This document shows, piece by piece, positions 17,939 to 33,300 of a stretch of 64,000 nucleotides of DNA (position 1 is the first letter of the stretch; each line of letters opens with the position of its first letter). The stretch covers positions 800,001 through 864,000 of the forward strand of contig OZ255726.1 in NCBI GenBank assembly GCA_965277405.1, in the 5' to 3' direction. The position numbers and the translations under genes were made by a program. This stretch comes from Gammaproteobacteria bacterium. Lineage in GTDB: Bacteria > Pseudomonadota > Gammaproteobacteria > G965277405. The notes under the pieces are model-generated. The model saw only the letters and a program-made list of their open reading frames with translations, had not been told where the DNA came from and ran no database searches.

Positions 17939-20134
17939 ATGAATGAATATTTAACGAACCAATCATCAACAGATCTGCTAGCTGGGTTAAACCCTCAACA
18001 AGCTCACGCTGTATCGTATGAATTTGCTGATTTATTAGTATTAGCAGGAGCAGGAAGCGGTAAAACACGGGTGTTAACACACAGGATTGCACACTTACTC
18101 CAAAAATATAATGGTAGTGCTTGGAATGTGCTCGCAGTTACCTTCACCAATAAAGCAGCTAGCGAAATGAGAACTCGAATTGCGCAGCTTCTTGCCCAGC
18201 CAGTAAATCAAATGTGGATTGGAACTTTCCATAGTATAAGCAATAAATTGCTGCGAATACACCATGCGGCAGCAGATTTACCAAAAGATTTTCGCATTAT
18301 TGACCCACAAGACCAATTAGTTATTGTAAAGCGCCTCCTGCGTGAGCGTTGTTTCGATGAAAAAGAATTCGAGCCGCGCAAAGTTCAAGGATATATAAAT
18401 TCTCGCAAGGACGAAGGATTACGCGCAGTAGCAGTTGCCACAAGTGACAACTATTATTTTAAAAACGTTCAATCAATCTATGTTGAGTACGAACGTGTAT
18501 GTCGTAACAACAATATTGTCGATTTCGCAGAGCTGTTGCTGCGCAGTTACGAATTGCTCAATGAAAACCTTGGTTTACAAGAGCAATTTCACCAGCGGTT
18601 TTTAATGGTTTTGGTTGATGAATTTCAAGATACCAACGACATCCAATATCGCTGGGTACAAAAATTTGTTGGCAGCTCATCATGTTTAACCGTTGTTGGT
18701 GACGACGATCAATCTATTTATGGCTGGCGTGGTGCACAGGTGGAAAACCTCAACCGCTTGATTACAGACTATCCAAAAATAGCGACTATTCGTCTTGAGC
18801 AAAACTACCGTTCGACAAATAGAATCCTGAAAGCTGCCAACTCATTGATTCAACGCAACAGTAATCGTCAAGGCAAACAACTCTGGACAGCAAGCGGTGA
18901 GGGCGAGCACATTTCACTGTACGCTGGCTTTAATGATTTTGATGAAGCACGATTCATCGTTGACAGAGTGAAACATCATCGAGCAGCAGGTGATCAACTC
19001 AAGCAATGTTCGATTTTATATCGTGCCAACGCCCAATCTCGCGTCATTGAAGAAACGCTGTTACGCGCTGATATTCCATATCGAATTTTCGGTGGACTGC
19101 GTTTTTACGAACGCGCAGAAATTAAAAATGCAGTCGCCTATCTGCGCTGTATCTCAGCAACAATAGACAGCACAGCACTCGATCGAATTATCAATGTTCC
19201 GCCACGCGGCATCGGGGTGAAAACTCTGCAGGAAATTCGCGATATAATGCGCAATCAAGATATTAGCATGATTGCTGCTATCGAAACATTTATTGCTGAT
19301 GCCAATAAAGGTCAACGCGGTAAAGCAGCATTGCAAGGTTTCTTGGTATTGCTGCAACGGCTAACAACCAAAACAGCAGGCCAGCAACCAGGTCATGTGG
19401 TGGACACAGTCATCAATGAAAGTGGCTTGCTTGAATATTATAAAAACGAAAAGAAAGACGTTGCCGAACAACGCCTTGATAACCTGAATGAGCTGATTGC
19501 AGCTGCAGATAACTTTGTTGGCGACGATCCAGATATCGACTGGCTTACCCAATTCCTTGACCAAGCCGCACTCGAAGCAGGAGACCATCAAGCAAGCGGA
19601 GAAAGCGATGCCATTAATTTGATGACAATGCACTTGTCCAAAGGACTTGAGTTTACCAACGTCTTTATCACTGGTATGGAAGAAGGGCTATTCCCGCATA
19701 GAATGTGCAGCGATGATTTGAGCAAACTCGAAGAAGAACGCCGACTGTGTTATGTCGGCATTACCAGAGCAATGCGTAAACTGTATTTAACGTATGCCGA
19801 GTTACGGCGTTTACACGGCAGCGAAATAACCGCAAGACCTTCACGGTTTATTAAAGAAATTGACCCTGAAATGATCGAAGAAGTGCGCATCCGCACCCAA
19901 GTACGGCGCCCGTATCTAGCGCGATCTCAGCCGCAAACTCCAAGAAAACAGTATAATCTCCCGCCGCGTGCTGATGGATTCGTCCCTGGCGCTAATGTAC
20001 GGCATCCTAAATTTGGCTCTGGGGTAATTGTTCATCGTGAAGGCGACAGCAACGACGCGCGCTTGCAAGTAAACTTTGATGACTGTGGCAGCAAACGCCT
20101 CATCTTAGAATACGCAAATTTACAGCTTGTTTAG
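17939..20134 (+). CDS. uvrD: DNA helicase II
   Basis: LNPQQ, AGAGSGKTRVL, VDEFQDTN, GDDDQSIYGWRGA, EEERRLCYVGITRA, C-terminal Tudor-like VRHPKFGSG. Confidence 0.96.
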   Translation: MNEYLTNQSSTDLLAGLNPQQAHAVSYEFADLLVLAGAGSGKTRVLTHRIAHLLQKYNGSAWNVLAVTFTNKAASEMRTRIAQLLAQPVNQMWIGTFHSISNKLLRIHHAAADLPKDFRIIDPQDQLVIVKRLLRERCFDEKEFEPRKVQGYINSRKDEGLRAVAVATSDNYYFKNVQSIYVEYERVCRNNNIVDFAELLLRSYELLNENLGLQEQFHQRFLMVLVDEFQDTNDIQYRWVQKFVGSSSCLTVVGDDDQSIYGWRGAQVENLNRLITDYPKIATIRLEQNYRSTNRILKAANSLIQRNSNRQGKQLWTASGEGEHISLYAGFNDFDEARFIVDRVKHHRAAGDQLKQCSILYRANAQSRVIEETLLRADIPYRIFGGLRFYERAEIKNAVAYLRCISATIDSTALDRIINVPPRGIGVKTLQEIRDIMRNQDISMIAAIETFIADANKGQRGKAALQGFLVLLQRLTTKTAGQQPGHVVDTVINESGLLEYYKNEKKDVAEQRLDNLNELIAAADNFVGDDPDIDWLTQFLDQAALEAGDHQASGESDAINLMTMHLSKGLEFTNVFITGMEEGLFPHRMCSDDLSKLEEERRLCYVGITRAMRKLYLTYAELRRLHGSEITARPSRFIKEIDPEMIEEVRIRTQVRRPYLARSQPQTPRKQYNLPPRADGFVPGANVRHPKFGSGVIVHREGDSNDARLQVNFDDCGSKRLILEYANLQLV

Positions 20135-20428
20135 GGAAGCTCTGATTAAGTCCATGATGGGCGAGACGGAGAAAAAACGCTGATGATAACTAGACGCAGT
20201 GCGCAGATAATACTGGTGGTCTTGTGGGTGTTGCCAAGTGCTGCAACGACGCAGCGCAGCGTTTTTTCCCGGCCTTCTATTGAATATATGATGGTTTGCC
20301 TACAAGCGGTACTTGCTGTGTTGCATCCCTTGGCGTATATGCTACGGCATGCGCTTAGCGGTTTGCGCCTTGCAATCATCAGCAATTGCAGGCAAACTCG
20401 CTCCATCAGCGACTTAATCAGAGCTTCC
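20135..20428 (-). mobile_element. MITE copy 3
   Basis: Perfect 16-bp TIRs GGAAGCTCTGATTAAG; TTAG duplication that includes the uvrD stop codon. Confidence 0.95.
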
Positions 20429-20512
20429 TTAGTTGACAAACCGCATTACATTCGCTGCGATACTATGGGTGGTAGCAACAACAAGACAGGCGCATCAGTA
20501 CCACGGTTACCA

Positions 20513-21448
20513 TCAATTTCGATCGGTTTCGACAATAAAATGCTTGGCGCTGCTCCATGCCGCCGCCATCGTAATAACAATAATTGATGTAAATAATTCA
20601 AATATTTGCAATATAGAAAAACCAGAAATTTTAAAATTGCTATTATACGAAGCATTCAATACATCAACAGGTACTTGCAGCAAGGCGATGACCAGTTCAA
20701 TAAATAGCAAAGAGATAATCGTACTGATAATCGACAGCCAAAATCCTGCATACATATACGGATACACCAGCCATTCATCATCGCCGCCAAGCAGTTGAAT
20801 AATACGAATCTCGTCACGTTGTTGATACACCATCACACCAATAACATTGCCAATCAGGGCAATCAACCCTACTGCAAATAATGCCACCAAGACAATTGAC
20901 AAGCTGTTGATGAGGGCAACAAACTTAATAACACGCGACACCCACACTCGGTCAAACTGAATTCTTTCAATTTGTTTGATTGACTGGAAAGTCCGTATCA
21001 ACTCTTGAGTTTCAGCCTGCCCTGTCTGTTGTGGATAGACAATAAGTAAATGAGGCAGGGGGTTTGTTTTCAGCACTTTTAGTGTTTGTTTTAATTCGCT
21101 AATAGTCAAAAAATCATCAAACGCCTGGCTTGCAAGAATCACTGCAACCTGAGCTACCTTGTCATAAGCCGCAATTTTGTTTTTGAGAGCAATGGCTTCT
21201 TCTTCTTCAACATCTCGGTGTAAATACAGGTTGATACTGATTTCATTATTCCAACGCAAACTTACTTTGCTGATGTTCTCAGCTGTCAAAAACAGGATGG
21301 AAGAAAATGCCACAGCGATACTCACTGTAAGAGTCATCGCAACAGAGCTGATGGGACGTTGGAGTAACGTGGTATTACTGCGAATACAAATACGCAAGTG
21401 ATTACCGACGCGTCTCTTTAACGAATGGAGTAAATTCTGAGTAGTCAT
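20513..21448 (-). CDS. ftsX: Cell division permease FtsX
   Basis: Four TM segments, NPLP motif, RDEIRIIQLLGG..PYMYAG; follows ftsE. Confidence 0.9.
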   Translation of the reverse strand: MTTQNLLHSLKRRVGNHLRICIRSNTTLLQRPISSVAMTLTVSIAVAFSSILFLTAENISKVSLRWNNEISINLYLHRDVEEEEAIALKNKIAAYDKVAQVAVILASQAFDDFLTISELKQTLKVLKTNPLPHLLIVYPQQTGQAETQELIRTFQSIKQIERIQFDRVWVSRVIKFVALINSLSIVLVALFAVGLIALIGNVIGVMVYQQRDEIRIIQLLGGDDEWLVYPYMYAGFWLSIISTIISLLFIELVIALLQVPVDVLNASYNSNFKISGFSILQIFELFTSIIVITMAAAWSSAKHFIVETDRN

Positions 21449-22101
21449 GCCAGCAAACTACCATTATCCAAGCGGATGACATTGGCCGCTGTATTCTGTT
21501 GCAACATATATTCGTCATGGGTAGCGACCATCACCGTAGTCCCTTGGATCGCGCGGTCGACAAAGATTTTCATAATATCGATGGAAAGCTTGTCGTCTAA
21601 GTTTCCCGTTGGTTCGTCAGCTATGAGGTATTTCGGGTTATTGACCAGTGCGCGCGCAATACACACGCGTTGTTGTTCACCTACAGATAAATGTGCTGGT
21701 TGCTCGTTAGCCAAATTTTCTAAATGCACGTGTTGTAACGCCTTGGTAACCTTGTTGGCGATGAACTTTTTATCGGTGTTGACAATTTGCAAAGGTAGGC
21801 TGACGTTTTCAAATACAGTGCGGTTGTGGAGTAATTGATGGTCTTGAAATACTAAGCCGATGCTGCGCCGCAATTGTGATACCTGCCTTGCTTGCAATTG
21901 TGCAATATTAAAATTCCCCACGGTGATGTTGCCTCTTGTAGGAGTAAGCATTGCCATGATTAGGCGAATCATGGTGGATTTACCAGCGCCAGAAGGACCT
22001 GTAATAAAACTGAACGAACTTGACTGAACGGTCAAGTTGATATTGTGTAATGCTGTATGCTCGTTTGGATAGCGTAACGTTACATTCTCAAAGCGTATCA
22101 T
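21445..22101 (-). CDS. ftsE: Cell division ATP-binding protein FtsE
   Basis: MIRFENV, GPSGAGKST, VFQDHQLL, LS.GEQQRV, ADEPTGNLD. Confidence 0.95.
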   Translation of the reverse strand: MIRFENVTLRYPNEHTALHNINLTVQSSSFSFITGPSGAGKSTMIRLIMAMLTPTRGNITVGNFNIAQLQARQVSQLRRSIGLVFQDHQLLHNRTVFENVSLPLQIVNTDKKFIANKVTKALQHVHLENLANEQPAHLSVGEQQRVCIARALVNNPKYLIADEPTGNLDDKLSIDIMKIFVDRAIQGTTVMVATHDEYMLQQNTAANVIRLDNGSLLA

Positions 22102-22972
22102 GTGTACCTACCATCCGTTGTGCATATTCATGGGCACTGAATACTGCCAAGTCATCGGGTTTTTCGCCAATTCCGATAAATCGAATCGGTACCGCATATT
22201 TACTCAAGGCAACTGCTATACCACCTTTAGAGCTGCCATCAAGTTTGTTGATCTGAATACCAGTAACGCCAATAGCCGCATGAAACTGTTCAAATTGTTG
22301 CAATGAATTATTGCCATTGTTGCCATCGAGCATCAGCAATACTTCATGCGGAGCTGCAGTGTCAATTTTTTTTAGCACCCGTGCAATTTTCTTTAATTCA
22401 TCCATCAGTCCTTGCTTTGTATGCATTCTTCCTGCTGTATCGGCAATTAACACATTGATATTTTTTGCCTTGGCGGACTGGAACGCATCAAAAATTACTG
22501 ATGCGCTGTCGCCATTTAGGTGTTGCGCAACAACGGGTATTGATAGTTTTTCTCCCCAATATTGCAATTGAGAAATCGCCGCAGCGCGAAATGTATCGCC
22601 TGCAGCGAGCATTACTTTGTGGCCATTATCTGCGTAATATTTCGCAAGTTTGGCAATCGACGTTGTTTTTCCTACACCATTCACACCAACAACCAATATT
22701 ACTGTAGGTTGTTGCTGTATTGCAAGATGTTGTTCCAACGAACACAATTGTGCAGTAAGGGTGTCGACGAGCACCTCCATTGGGTCTGTATCTGCATGGC
22801 GATTAAGTTGTTGTAAAATATGCGTTGTTCCTGCAACCCCAGTGTCTGCGCTAATAAGCACATCTTCGAGTTGTTGCAGCATTTCAGCGTCGATGCTCCG
22901 CGCACTGAACATGCCACGCAAGGTATCTTTTAAACCACTGGTTACTGTTTTACGATGAAATAATCCAAGCAT
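22088..22972 (-). CDS. ftsY: SRP receptor FtsY (short form, NG domain only)
   Basis: GVNGVGKTT, DTFRAAA, DTAGR, KLDGSSKGG, GIGE. Confidence 0.96.
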   Translation of the reverse strand: MLGLFHRKTVTSGLKDTLRGMFSARSIDAEMLQQLEDVLISADTGVAGTTHILQQLNRHADTDPMEVLVDTLTAQLCSLEQHLAIQQQPTVILVVGVNGVGKTTSIAKLAKYYADNGHKVMLAAGDTFRAAAISQLQYWGEKLSIPVVAQHLNGDSASVIFDAFQSAKAKNINVLIADTAGRMHTKQGLMDELKKIARVLKKIDTAAPHEVLLMLDGNNGNNSLQQFEQFHAAIGVTGIQINKLDGSSKGGIAVALSKYAVPIRFIGIGEKPDDLAVFSAHEYAQRMVGTHDTL

Positions 22973-23131
22973 AACTACACCATAATCCGTAAATTGGTTA
23001 ATCTAAATAAAGTACGACACTAGCGCAAAACGTATTGAGCAAGGCAAAATCGGTGGAGTATTCATGGTGTATGCTCTGGGCATCATCATTCAGTAATCAG
23101 CCGTTCGTCAATTAATTGAGTGATCATTACT

Positions 23132-23704
23132 ATGGATTGGATAGTAGCTAGTCATAATGCACACAAAGCAGCTGAAATATCGCAGATTTTACAGCCTGCT
23201 GGTATTTCTTTATCTGTAACACAAGCAACAGAGCCAAAAGAGACTGCTACGACGTTTATCGAAAACGCAATGCTTAAAGCACACCATAGCGCATTACAAG
23301 CTAATCGACCAGTAATAGCAGATGATTCTGGTATTTGTGTTGCAGCACTCGGAGGCTTGCCAGGAGTGCGCTCAGCACGATTTGCTCCTAATGGTATCAC
23401 AAATACTGACTATTTATTACAGCAACTTGCAGGAGAACACAATCGCGCCGCAATGTTTGTTTGTGTGGTGGTGGTATTACAACATGCAGCTGACCCGTGC
23501 CCATTGATTGCCCAAGGATATTGGCATGGAACAATCGCACATCAGCCTCAAGGTGACAATGGTTTTGGCTATGATCCAATATTTATTCCAAGCGAATTAA
23601 GCTGTAGTGCTGCAGAATTATCTGCAACTAACAAAAATGCAATAAGCCACCGTGGCAAAGCATTATCCACATTACTCACCTTGCTTGACCCGCATGTTGT
23701 ATAG
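23132..23704 (+). CDS. rdgB: Non-canonical purine NTP pyrophosphatase
   Basis: ASHNAHK, TFIENA..KA, ADDSG, GFGYDPIF, KNAISHRGKAL. Confidence 0.94.
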   Translation: MDWIVASHNAHKAAEISQILQPAGISLSVTQATEPKETATTFIENAMLKAHHSALQANRPVIADDSGICVAALGGLPGVRSARFAPNGITNTDYLLQQLAGEHNRAAMFVCVVVVLQHAADPCPLIAQGYWHGTIAHQPQGDNGFGYDPIFIPSELSCSAAELSATNKNAISHRGKALSTLLTLLDPHVV

Positions 23705-24536
23705 GTTGCTGTGTTGTATTGGCAGCATGCCGATGCCTGTTTTTCGCGTGCTGGCAATGGTATGTGTGCCGTTGTTTTTACTTGTTGATTGGAAGCATAA
23801 CCGCGTTGCCACAACAAATTTCCGTTTGTGTTATCCCAATTCCACCAGCTCACGGCGAATGCTGTGGCTCATTGCAAATTACTACAACACAATTTGGGCA
23901 ATATTTGGGACTATATATAACTCGGTGCATGAGAATACAGCCACCCAGCCAGCAGTCAACATCCAAGGCCTTGCGCCAATCCACCGCTTGATTGCGGCGG
24001 GTGAGACTGTGGTATTGATTGGGTATCATCATGTATGGTTGGAAACTTTTTTGGTGGCACTTTCTGCGCAAGTACCGCTAACTGTCAGCTATCGAAAAAA
24101 TCGAAATACGGCATTAGAGCGACTGTGTGCACGGCGGAGCCGCGGCGCCACACTGGTCTCAAGCAAAGAGCCAAGGGCGATGGTTCGCGCCATTAAAAAA
24201 CCTTGTTTGTTTTGGCATACGGTTGATCAAGACATCGGCGCAAAAAGCTCCTATTTCGTCCCGTTTTTTGGCATACTCGCTGCGACGCATCATTCATTAC
24301 CGAGACTCGCCAGAATAGCGAATGCCAAACTTGTCCACTTTTCGTTGCATCGCGATGGCAATCTGCTCCATGCAAAACTTGATGCGCCATTTGCACCAGC
24401 TACAGACCCCCGCCGTGTCATGGCAGATATTAACCAAACTATTATGGAAAAAATTAAACCGCAGCCCAGCCAATATTTGTGGACGCATAAACGCTTTAAA
24501 ACCCAGCCAGATACACAACTGAATCCATATAAATAA
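23694..24536 (+). CDS. Lipid A late acyltransferase (LpxL/HtrB family)
   Basis: H-x4-E (HHVWLE), DQD, FVPFFG, PSQYLWTHKRFKTQP. Confidence 0.88.
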   Translation: MLYRLLCCIGSMPMPVFRVLAMVCVPLFLLVDWKHNRVATTNFRLCYPNSTSSRRMLWLIANYYNTIWAIFGTIYNSVHENTATQPAVNIQGLAPIHRLIAAGETVVLIGYHHVWLETFLVALSAQVPLTVSYRKNRNTALERLCARRSRGATLVSSKEPRAMVRAIKKPCLFWHTVDQDIGAKSSYFVPFFGILAATHHSLPRLARIANAKLVHFSLHRDGNLLHAKLDAPFAPATDPRRVMADINQTIMEKIKPQPSQYLWTHKRFKTQPDTQLNPYK

Positions 24537-24537
24537 C

Positions 24538-25773
24538 TTATTCCTTACTGTTGCTAACTCGCAGGATGCCGTCTTTAACAACACAGGCAATATTTCCTAT
24601 CAACGGTTTTTCTTGAACAAACCAAGGACTGCTTTTTCCATTACTTTGCCATGGATAGCCGCGCGGCATATTTGGTTTAAAGACAAACCAATCGTTGTTA
24701 CATTGGTGTTCAATGCCTAAAATCTGCGCGGGTCGAAACGACGTTGCTTGAGCAATGTGTTGCCAATGTAACTGTTGGGTTGCTACCAACGTATTCAATC
24801 CATGTATCATCCCGTCAAACGCCGAACAACCAAACGCCGCCATGTCAAAAGGCAGGTGCTTATATTGAGCATTATATGGACGATGTTGCGAGACGATTGC
24901 ATCTATTGTTCCATTGCGTACCCCTTCAAGTAAGGCATTGCGATCCTTAACAACGCGCAATGGCGGTAAAACTTTAAAGGTTGGGTCAAATGGTCCAATA
25001 TGGTTATCTTCAAAAAGGAGCTGCATGATCGAAACATCACAGGTAACATGCACTCCTCTGTGTTTAGCCTTAGCAATAAGTGCGACTGAGTCTTTGGTCG
25101 ACACGCAGGAAATATGGATGCGTGCTCGTGTATGTTCAGCAAGTGTCAGTACTGCGCGTAGCTGTATAGTTTCTGCAATGCGCGGGATGCCAACCAAACC
25201 GCGGCGCAACGCAAAGTGGCCATTATGCGCAACACCTTGCGCACTCAAGCTGGCATCACTTGGTTGCATCATCACTAACACGTCATCATTTTTGGCAATT
25301 TTGAGTGAGTTCATCAATGCATTATGGTTTTTCATTGGATAATGCATTTGGCTAAATGCCGCCGCACCGCTATCGTATAATGAGCGCATTGAAGTCGGCT
25401 TTTCGCCTTTGAGTTGTTGCGTGAATGCGGCAATAGGAATAATTTTTGCGGCGTTTGCATCTGCACCTTTTCTGGTAACAAGTTCTACTACACTGCTGTT
25501 GTCGATTACTGGACTGGTATCTGGTTGGCAGGCAATACTGGTAATGCCGTTGGCCAGAGCAGCTTTTGACTCACTGTTAATGGTCGCATGCTGTGTATAA
25601 CCTGGCTCGCAAAGCCACGCATTCAAGTCGATAATACCTGGCAAAATAATCGTGTCCGTTGGCTTGTCGCTACTTGGTTGCCAAATGGCGGTATTATTTG
25701 CAGCAAAATTCAACTGACAATTGCTGTGCTGCGCCAATGCGTAATTTTCTCCAATAATAAAATTATTGGTCAT
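24538..25773 (-). CDS. pyrC: Dihydroorotase-like subunit (PyrC' type, lacks the HxH metal motif)
   Basis: PGIIDLNAWLCEPG, PDTSPVID, FKVLPPLR, IDAIVSQHRP; directly downstream of pyrB. Confidence 0.85.
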   Translation of the reverse strand: MTNNFIIGENYALAQHSNCQLNFAANNTAIWQPSSDKPTDTIILPGIIDLNAWLCEPGYTQHATINSESKAALANGITSIACQPDTSPVIDNSSVVELVTRKGADANAAKIIPIAAFTQQLKGEKPTSMRSLYDSGAAAFSQMHYPMKNHNALMNSLKIAKNDDVLVMMQPSDASLSAQGVAHNGHFALRRGLVGIPRIAETIQLRAVLTLAEHTRARIHISCVSTKDSVALIAKAKHRGVHVTCDVSIMQLLFEDNHIGPFDPTFKVLPPLRVVKDRNALLEGVRNGTIDAIVSQHRPYNAQYKHLPFDMAAFGCSAFDGMIHGLNTLVATQQLHWQHIAQATSFRPAQILGIEHQCNNDWFVFKPNMPRGYPWQSNGKSSPWFVQEKPLIGNIACVVKDGILRVSNSKE

Positions 25774-26758
25774 TTACTTCTCTCGCTGCACAGATCATAG
25801 CAATGATAGCCATGCGTATCGCCACCCCATACTTAACTTGGTGTAAAATCATGGAACGTGGCCCATCTGCAACATCGCTATCTATTTCTAAATTACGGTT
25901 AATTGGTCCAGGATGCATGACGATACACTCTGGGGCAGCACGCTGCAATATTGCTTCGGTAAGACCGTATTGCTCAAAATACCATTGTGGCGAAGCAAAC
26001 AATCCTTGCTGCATGCGTTCTTGTTGAATACGCAATGAAATAACGATGTCGGCACCGTCGATTCCCTCTACCAGCCGTGTGGTTGTAGGTAGGCTGAATG
26101 AGCTGACTGGATCTGGCAATAATGTTAGTGGACCAACTAACCGAATGTCACTTACGCTGAAAATTTTTAAGACTTGAATGAGCGAACGAGCGACGCGTGA
26201 ATGTAAAATATCCCCAACAATAGCAACTTTTAAATCTTCAAATGGTTTATTTGCAGGACGTACTTTGTGGCGCAACACTGTTAAAATATCCAGCATAGCC
26301 TGCGTTGGGTGCGAATGCTGGCCGTCACCGGCGTTGACAACACCAACTTTTGACTGCACTTGCCGAGCAATAAAGTGCGCGGCACCATTTGCATGATGGC
26401 GAATCACAAACACATTGGCTCCCATGGCCCCAAGGGTGTGGAATGTGTCAGCAAGGCTTTCACCTTTTGCAGTAGAAGAAGACTCGATATCGAGAGTGAT
26501 TGAGTGCGCCCCAAGCTGTTTTGTGGCAATTTCAAACGATGTGCGGGTACGGGTCGAGTTTTCAAAAAATAAATTGACGACTGTCTTGCCTTTTAACAGT
26601 GATAGTCGCGTTAACTCCGCAGGTTTCTTTGCAAGTAAATCTTCAGTTGTATCAAGAATGGCTTGTAATGAGGGCTGGTCAAAATCACCAATAGACAAAA
26701 AATTCTTCAGCGCACCGTTTGAAAATTGCTGCAATGGATTATTAACACTGTAGTTCAT
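25763..26758 (-). CDS. pyrB: Aspartate carbamoyltransferase catalytic subunit
   Basis: FFENSTRTRTSFE, NAGDG.HSHPTQ, GDILHSRVARS, MHPGPINR. Confidence 0.96.
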   Translation of the reverse strand: MNYSVNNPLQQFSNGALKNFLSIGDFDQPSLQAILDTTEDLLAKKPAELTRLSLLKGKTVVNLFFENSTRTRTSFEIATKQLGAHSITLDIESSSTAKGESLADTFHTLGAMGANVFVIRHHANGAAHFIARQVQSKVGVVNAGDGQHSHPTQAMLDILTVLRHKVRPANKPFEDLKVAIVGDILHSRVARSLIQVLKIFSVSDIRLVGPLTLLPDPVSSFSLPTTTRLVEGIDGADIVISLRIQQERMQQGLFASPQWYFEQYGLTEAILQRAAPECIVMHPGPINRNLEIDSDVADGPRSMILHQVKYGVAIRMAIIAMICAAREVNDQ

Positions 26759-26870
26759 ACAGAGTTCGTGCCAATTGATGCATCGCCATAACAATCATGG
26801 GGCTTAGTGTCTAGCAATAACAGGGATTCCAATACGTTCTAGGTGTTGGTATTCTCAATACACATGTGCA

Positions 26871-30301
<3,431 letters not shown>

Positions 30302-30336
30302 GATAAAAACTGTCAAAGGTGTTGCAATAGGTAGAA

Positions 30337-33300
30337 TTACGCTTCAGCCATTTCAAGGGCTTGATGTATATCAACACCCACGATTCTTGAAACACCTGAC
30401 TCATACATTGTCACTCCTAACAGCGACTGCATGTTTTCCATTGTTGTTTTGTTGTGCGTAATAAGAATACATTGTACCTGTTTCGTTATCTCTTTGAGTA
30501 AATCACAAAAACGAATTACATTTACATCATCAAGTGGGGCGTCAACTTCGTCTAATAAGCAAAATGGTGCTGGGTTTAGTTTAAATAACGCAAAAATAAG
30601 GGCAATCGCAACCATGGTTTTTTCACCACCTGATAATTGAGTGATTTGTACAGCTCGTTTTCCTGGTGGTTGCGCGATGACTTGCACACCTGCTGTCAGT
30701 AAATCACTATCTGTGAGCGCTAACCGTGCTTCACCGCCACCAAAAATAGTGGGAAATAGCGTGTTAAGCGATGCGTTTACTTGTGCAAAAATATTGGCAA
30801 ATGTCTCTCGGGTTTCTTTGTTTATTTTTATAATTGCACTTTCAAGTTTGTCGATTGACTGTGTTAGATCATCATATTGGCAATCAAGATATACCTTACG
30901 TTCAAACTCGGTTTGGTATTCAGTGTCAGCAACGAGATTAACATTCCCCATTTTTTGCAGTTTTGCATCGACACGTTCTGACTGCTGCTGGTATGTCTCG
31001 ATGGGTTTTGAGGAATCTATATCTTTTAATGCAGCGTGGAGATCGACATTGACAAATTGTTGTTGAATATTTTTTTGCTCGGTTGCGAATACAGCCTGCT
31101 GGACTTCTAACTGACTAATACGCTGGACGCATGTGGCGATTGCAGCGGTTGCTGTAGCGATATTCTTTGAATTTTCCTGCAATTCCGCTTTACATTGTTG
31201 TAAATCATGTTGGCAATTTTTCACATGTTCCTCTGCAAGAACATGTTCACTCAACAACTGTTGGATAGCTGCGTTAATACTTTCTGGCTGATTGCGAACA
31301 GCAACTAACTGCGTATTGATATCTTCGATATGTTGTTGATGGCGCTGTTGCTGCTCACGCGCGCGTGCCACAGACTGTGCGACATTAGTGATGGTTTGTG
31401 TTGATGTTGATAGTTGCTTATCTACAGCATGAAACTCAGTTTGATGTTGTTGTAGCAACTTGTTACTGCTTGCAAACTCACGTTCATATTGTTGATGGAG
31501 AGCAACGAGTTGCTGATAATCGGCATCATGCGCTGTTGCCTGTTGCAGGGCAGCGTTCCATGCGAGTTTTTTTTCATTTATATCGCTGACAATGCTTTGG
31601 AGTTGCCCATCGATACGCTCACGTTCTGTGGCGATGCGTTGTTGCTCTGATTCAGCTTTTTCGATTTGGCTGCGTAATTGCGAAACCTGTATTTGAATAT
31701 CACGGTTGGCATTTTGTACCGTATTGAGGTGCAGCCGTTGCTGGCTTGTCGTATCTTTTGCTGATGTGATGCGATTGCGATAATGGGTTATTAACTGCAG
31801 TTGCTCTTCTATGCGTCCTGTCAAGGTATCCGCACGCGTCGTTAATTGTTGCAGCTGGGCTTGTTGGGCGATTGCCGTGCTTGCGGCGTTCATCTGCTGT
31901 GGCTTGTAGATCCAGTTATTGCCAAGCAAGGTGCCATCTTTGACCACAATCACTTGTTGCGGAGTAATATTTGCTTGGAGTTGCCATGCATCAGCTAGCG
32001 ATTGTGCCACCAGGTAATCACCCATGTGTGCAGGAAGTGGCCCAGCAACTACATCACTGAGCAAAGGCGTAGCAGATGTTGTTGGCTGGTGCGTAGCCAA
32101 AACGATGGCTGCAAGCGGGGTATTTGGTAACGACTTAAATTGCTCATTGGTAGTGAGGGCATAGCTTTGCAAAAACATGGCAGCAACTGATTCAAAGGCA
32201 ATTTCCCAACCAGCGGTGACTTGAATTATTGTCAGCCAAGCTGGATGCTCCAAGGCAACATGCTTAGTATCGCGCGCGAGCAGTACTTGTATTGAAGCTC
32301 GTTTGCCATTGGTAATCTGCAATTCCTCATAAAATGTGCGCTGCTCTTTTTCAAGCGTTGCTACTTTGTGTTCACTTGTGCGCATACGCATATCGTTTTC
32401 GCGTATTTGCATTTCAATCGTATTGATTTGCTTGTTGTTATTAGCGTGTTGTTGTTCGTTTTTTTTAACCTGCTGGTGTAATGGTTGGGTATCGACAAAT
32501 TGCTTGCTGGTCAATGCAGTATGCTTTTCTGTCAGCTCAGTTTGTGTGTTGATGAGTTGTTCTAATTGAATACGTGCAATTTCTGCTTGGTTTTTTTGTT
32601 GATGCACTTGTGCATGCGCTGCATCAAAACGCCTGCGAGTTGTCAAAAATGTTTGTTGCTTTACCTCAGTATCAACCCGTTGTTGTTGCAGTGTTTGTTG
32701 TTGTGTATCTCGCTGTTGTTGCAATGTATTTGCATTGTTTTGTAAGTCTAGCAGCTGCGCTTCATCAACTGTAATTGTCTGCTGAACACGTTCATATTCG
32801 TTGGAATGTTGTTGCAACTGCTGTTCGAGTTGTTGCTTTTGGGTAACGCTAGCATTGCGCTGTTCTTGCGCACGGGTGAGCTGAATACTTATTTTCTGGC
32901 GATTGGCAATCCCACTATCAAGCCGCTGTTGCAATTTTGCATGCGTTTGGTCGTGGGTAATTTTTTTGTTTTCTAATTGACGCAATGCGCTGGTATGTTT
33001 TTCTTTTTCCGCAACGGACTCAGCATGCTTGAGCTGGTTGTTTGTCAAATTGCTCGTGTGCACAGCTAACGCCAGCGCGGCTATTGTTTGCTTAAGTTGA
33101 CGATGCTGGTGTTTGAGCGTTCTATATTGCAAAGCTTCAGCACTTTGCCGTTTGAGTGCGCGCATGCGGGTATCAACTTCGTTACGAATGTCGTTGAGTC
33201 GTTCTAAGTTTTCTTGGGTATGGCGAATACTAATTTCTGTTTCACGGCGGCGCTCTTTATAAATAGATATGCCTGCGGCCTCTTCTAAAAACCCACGCAA

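Noticed and set aside
24538-25773. pyrC as a decaying gene because metal ligands are missing
   Set aside because: It matches the known inactive PyrC' subunit that is co-encoded with pyrB.
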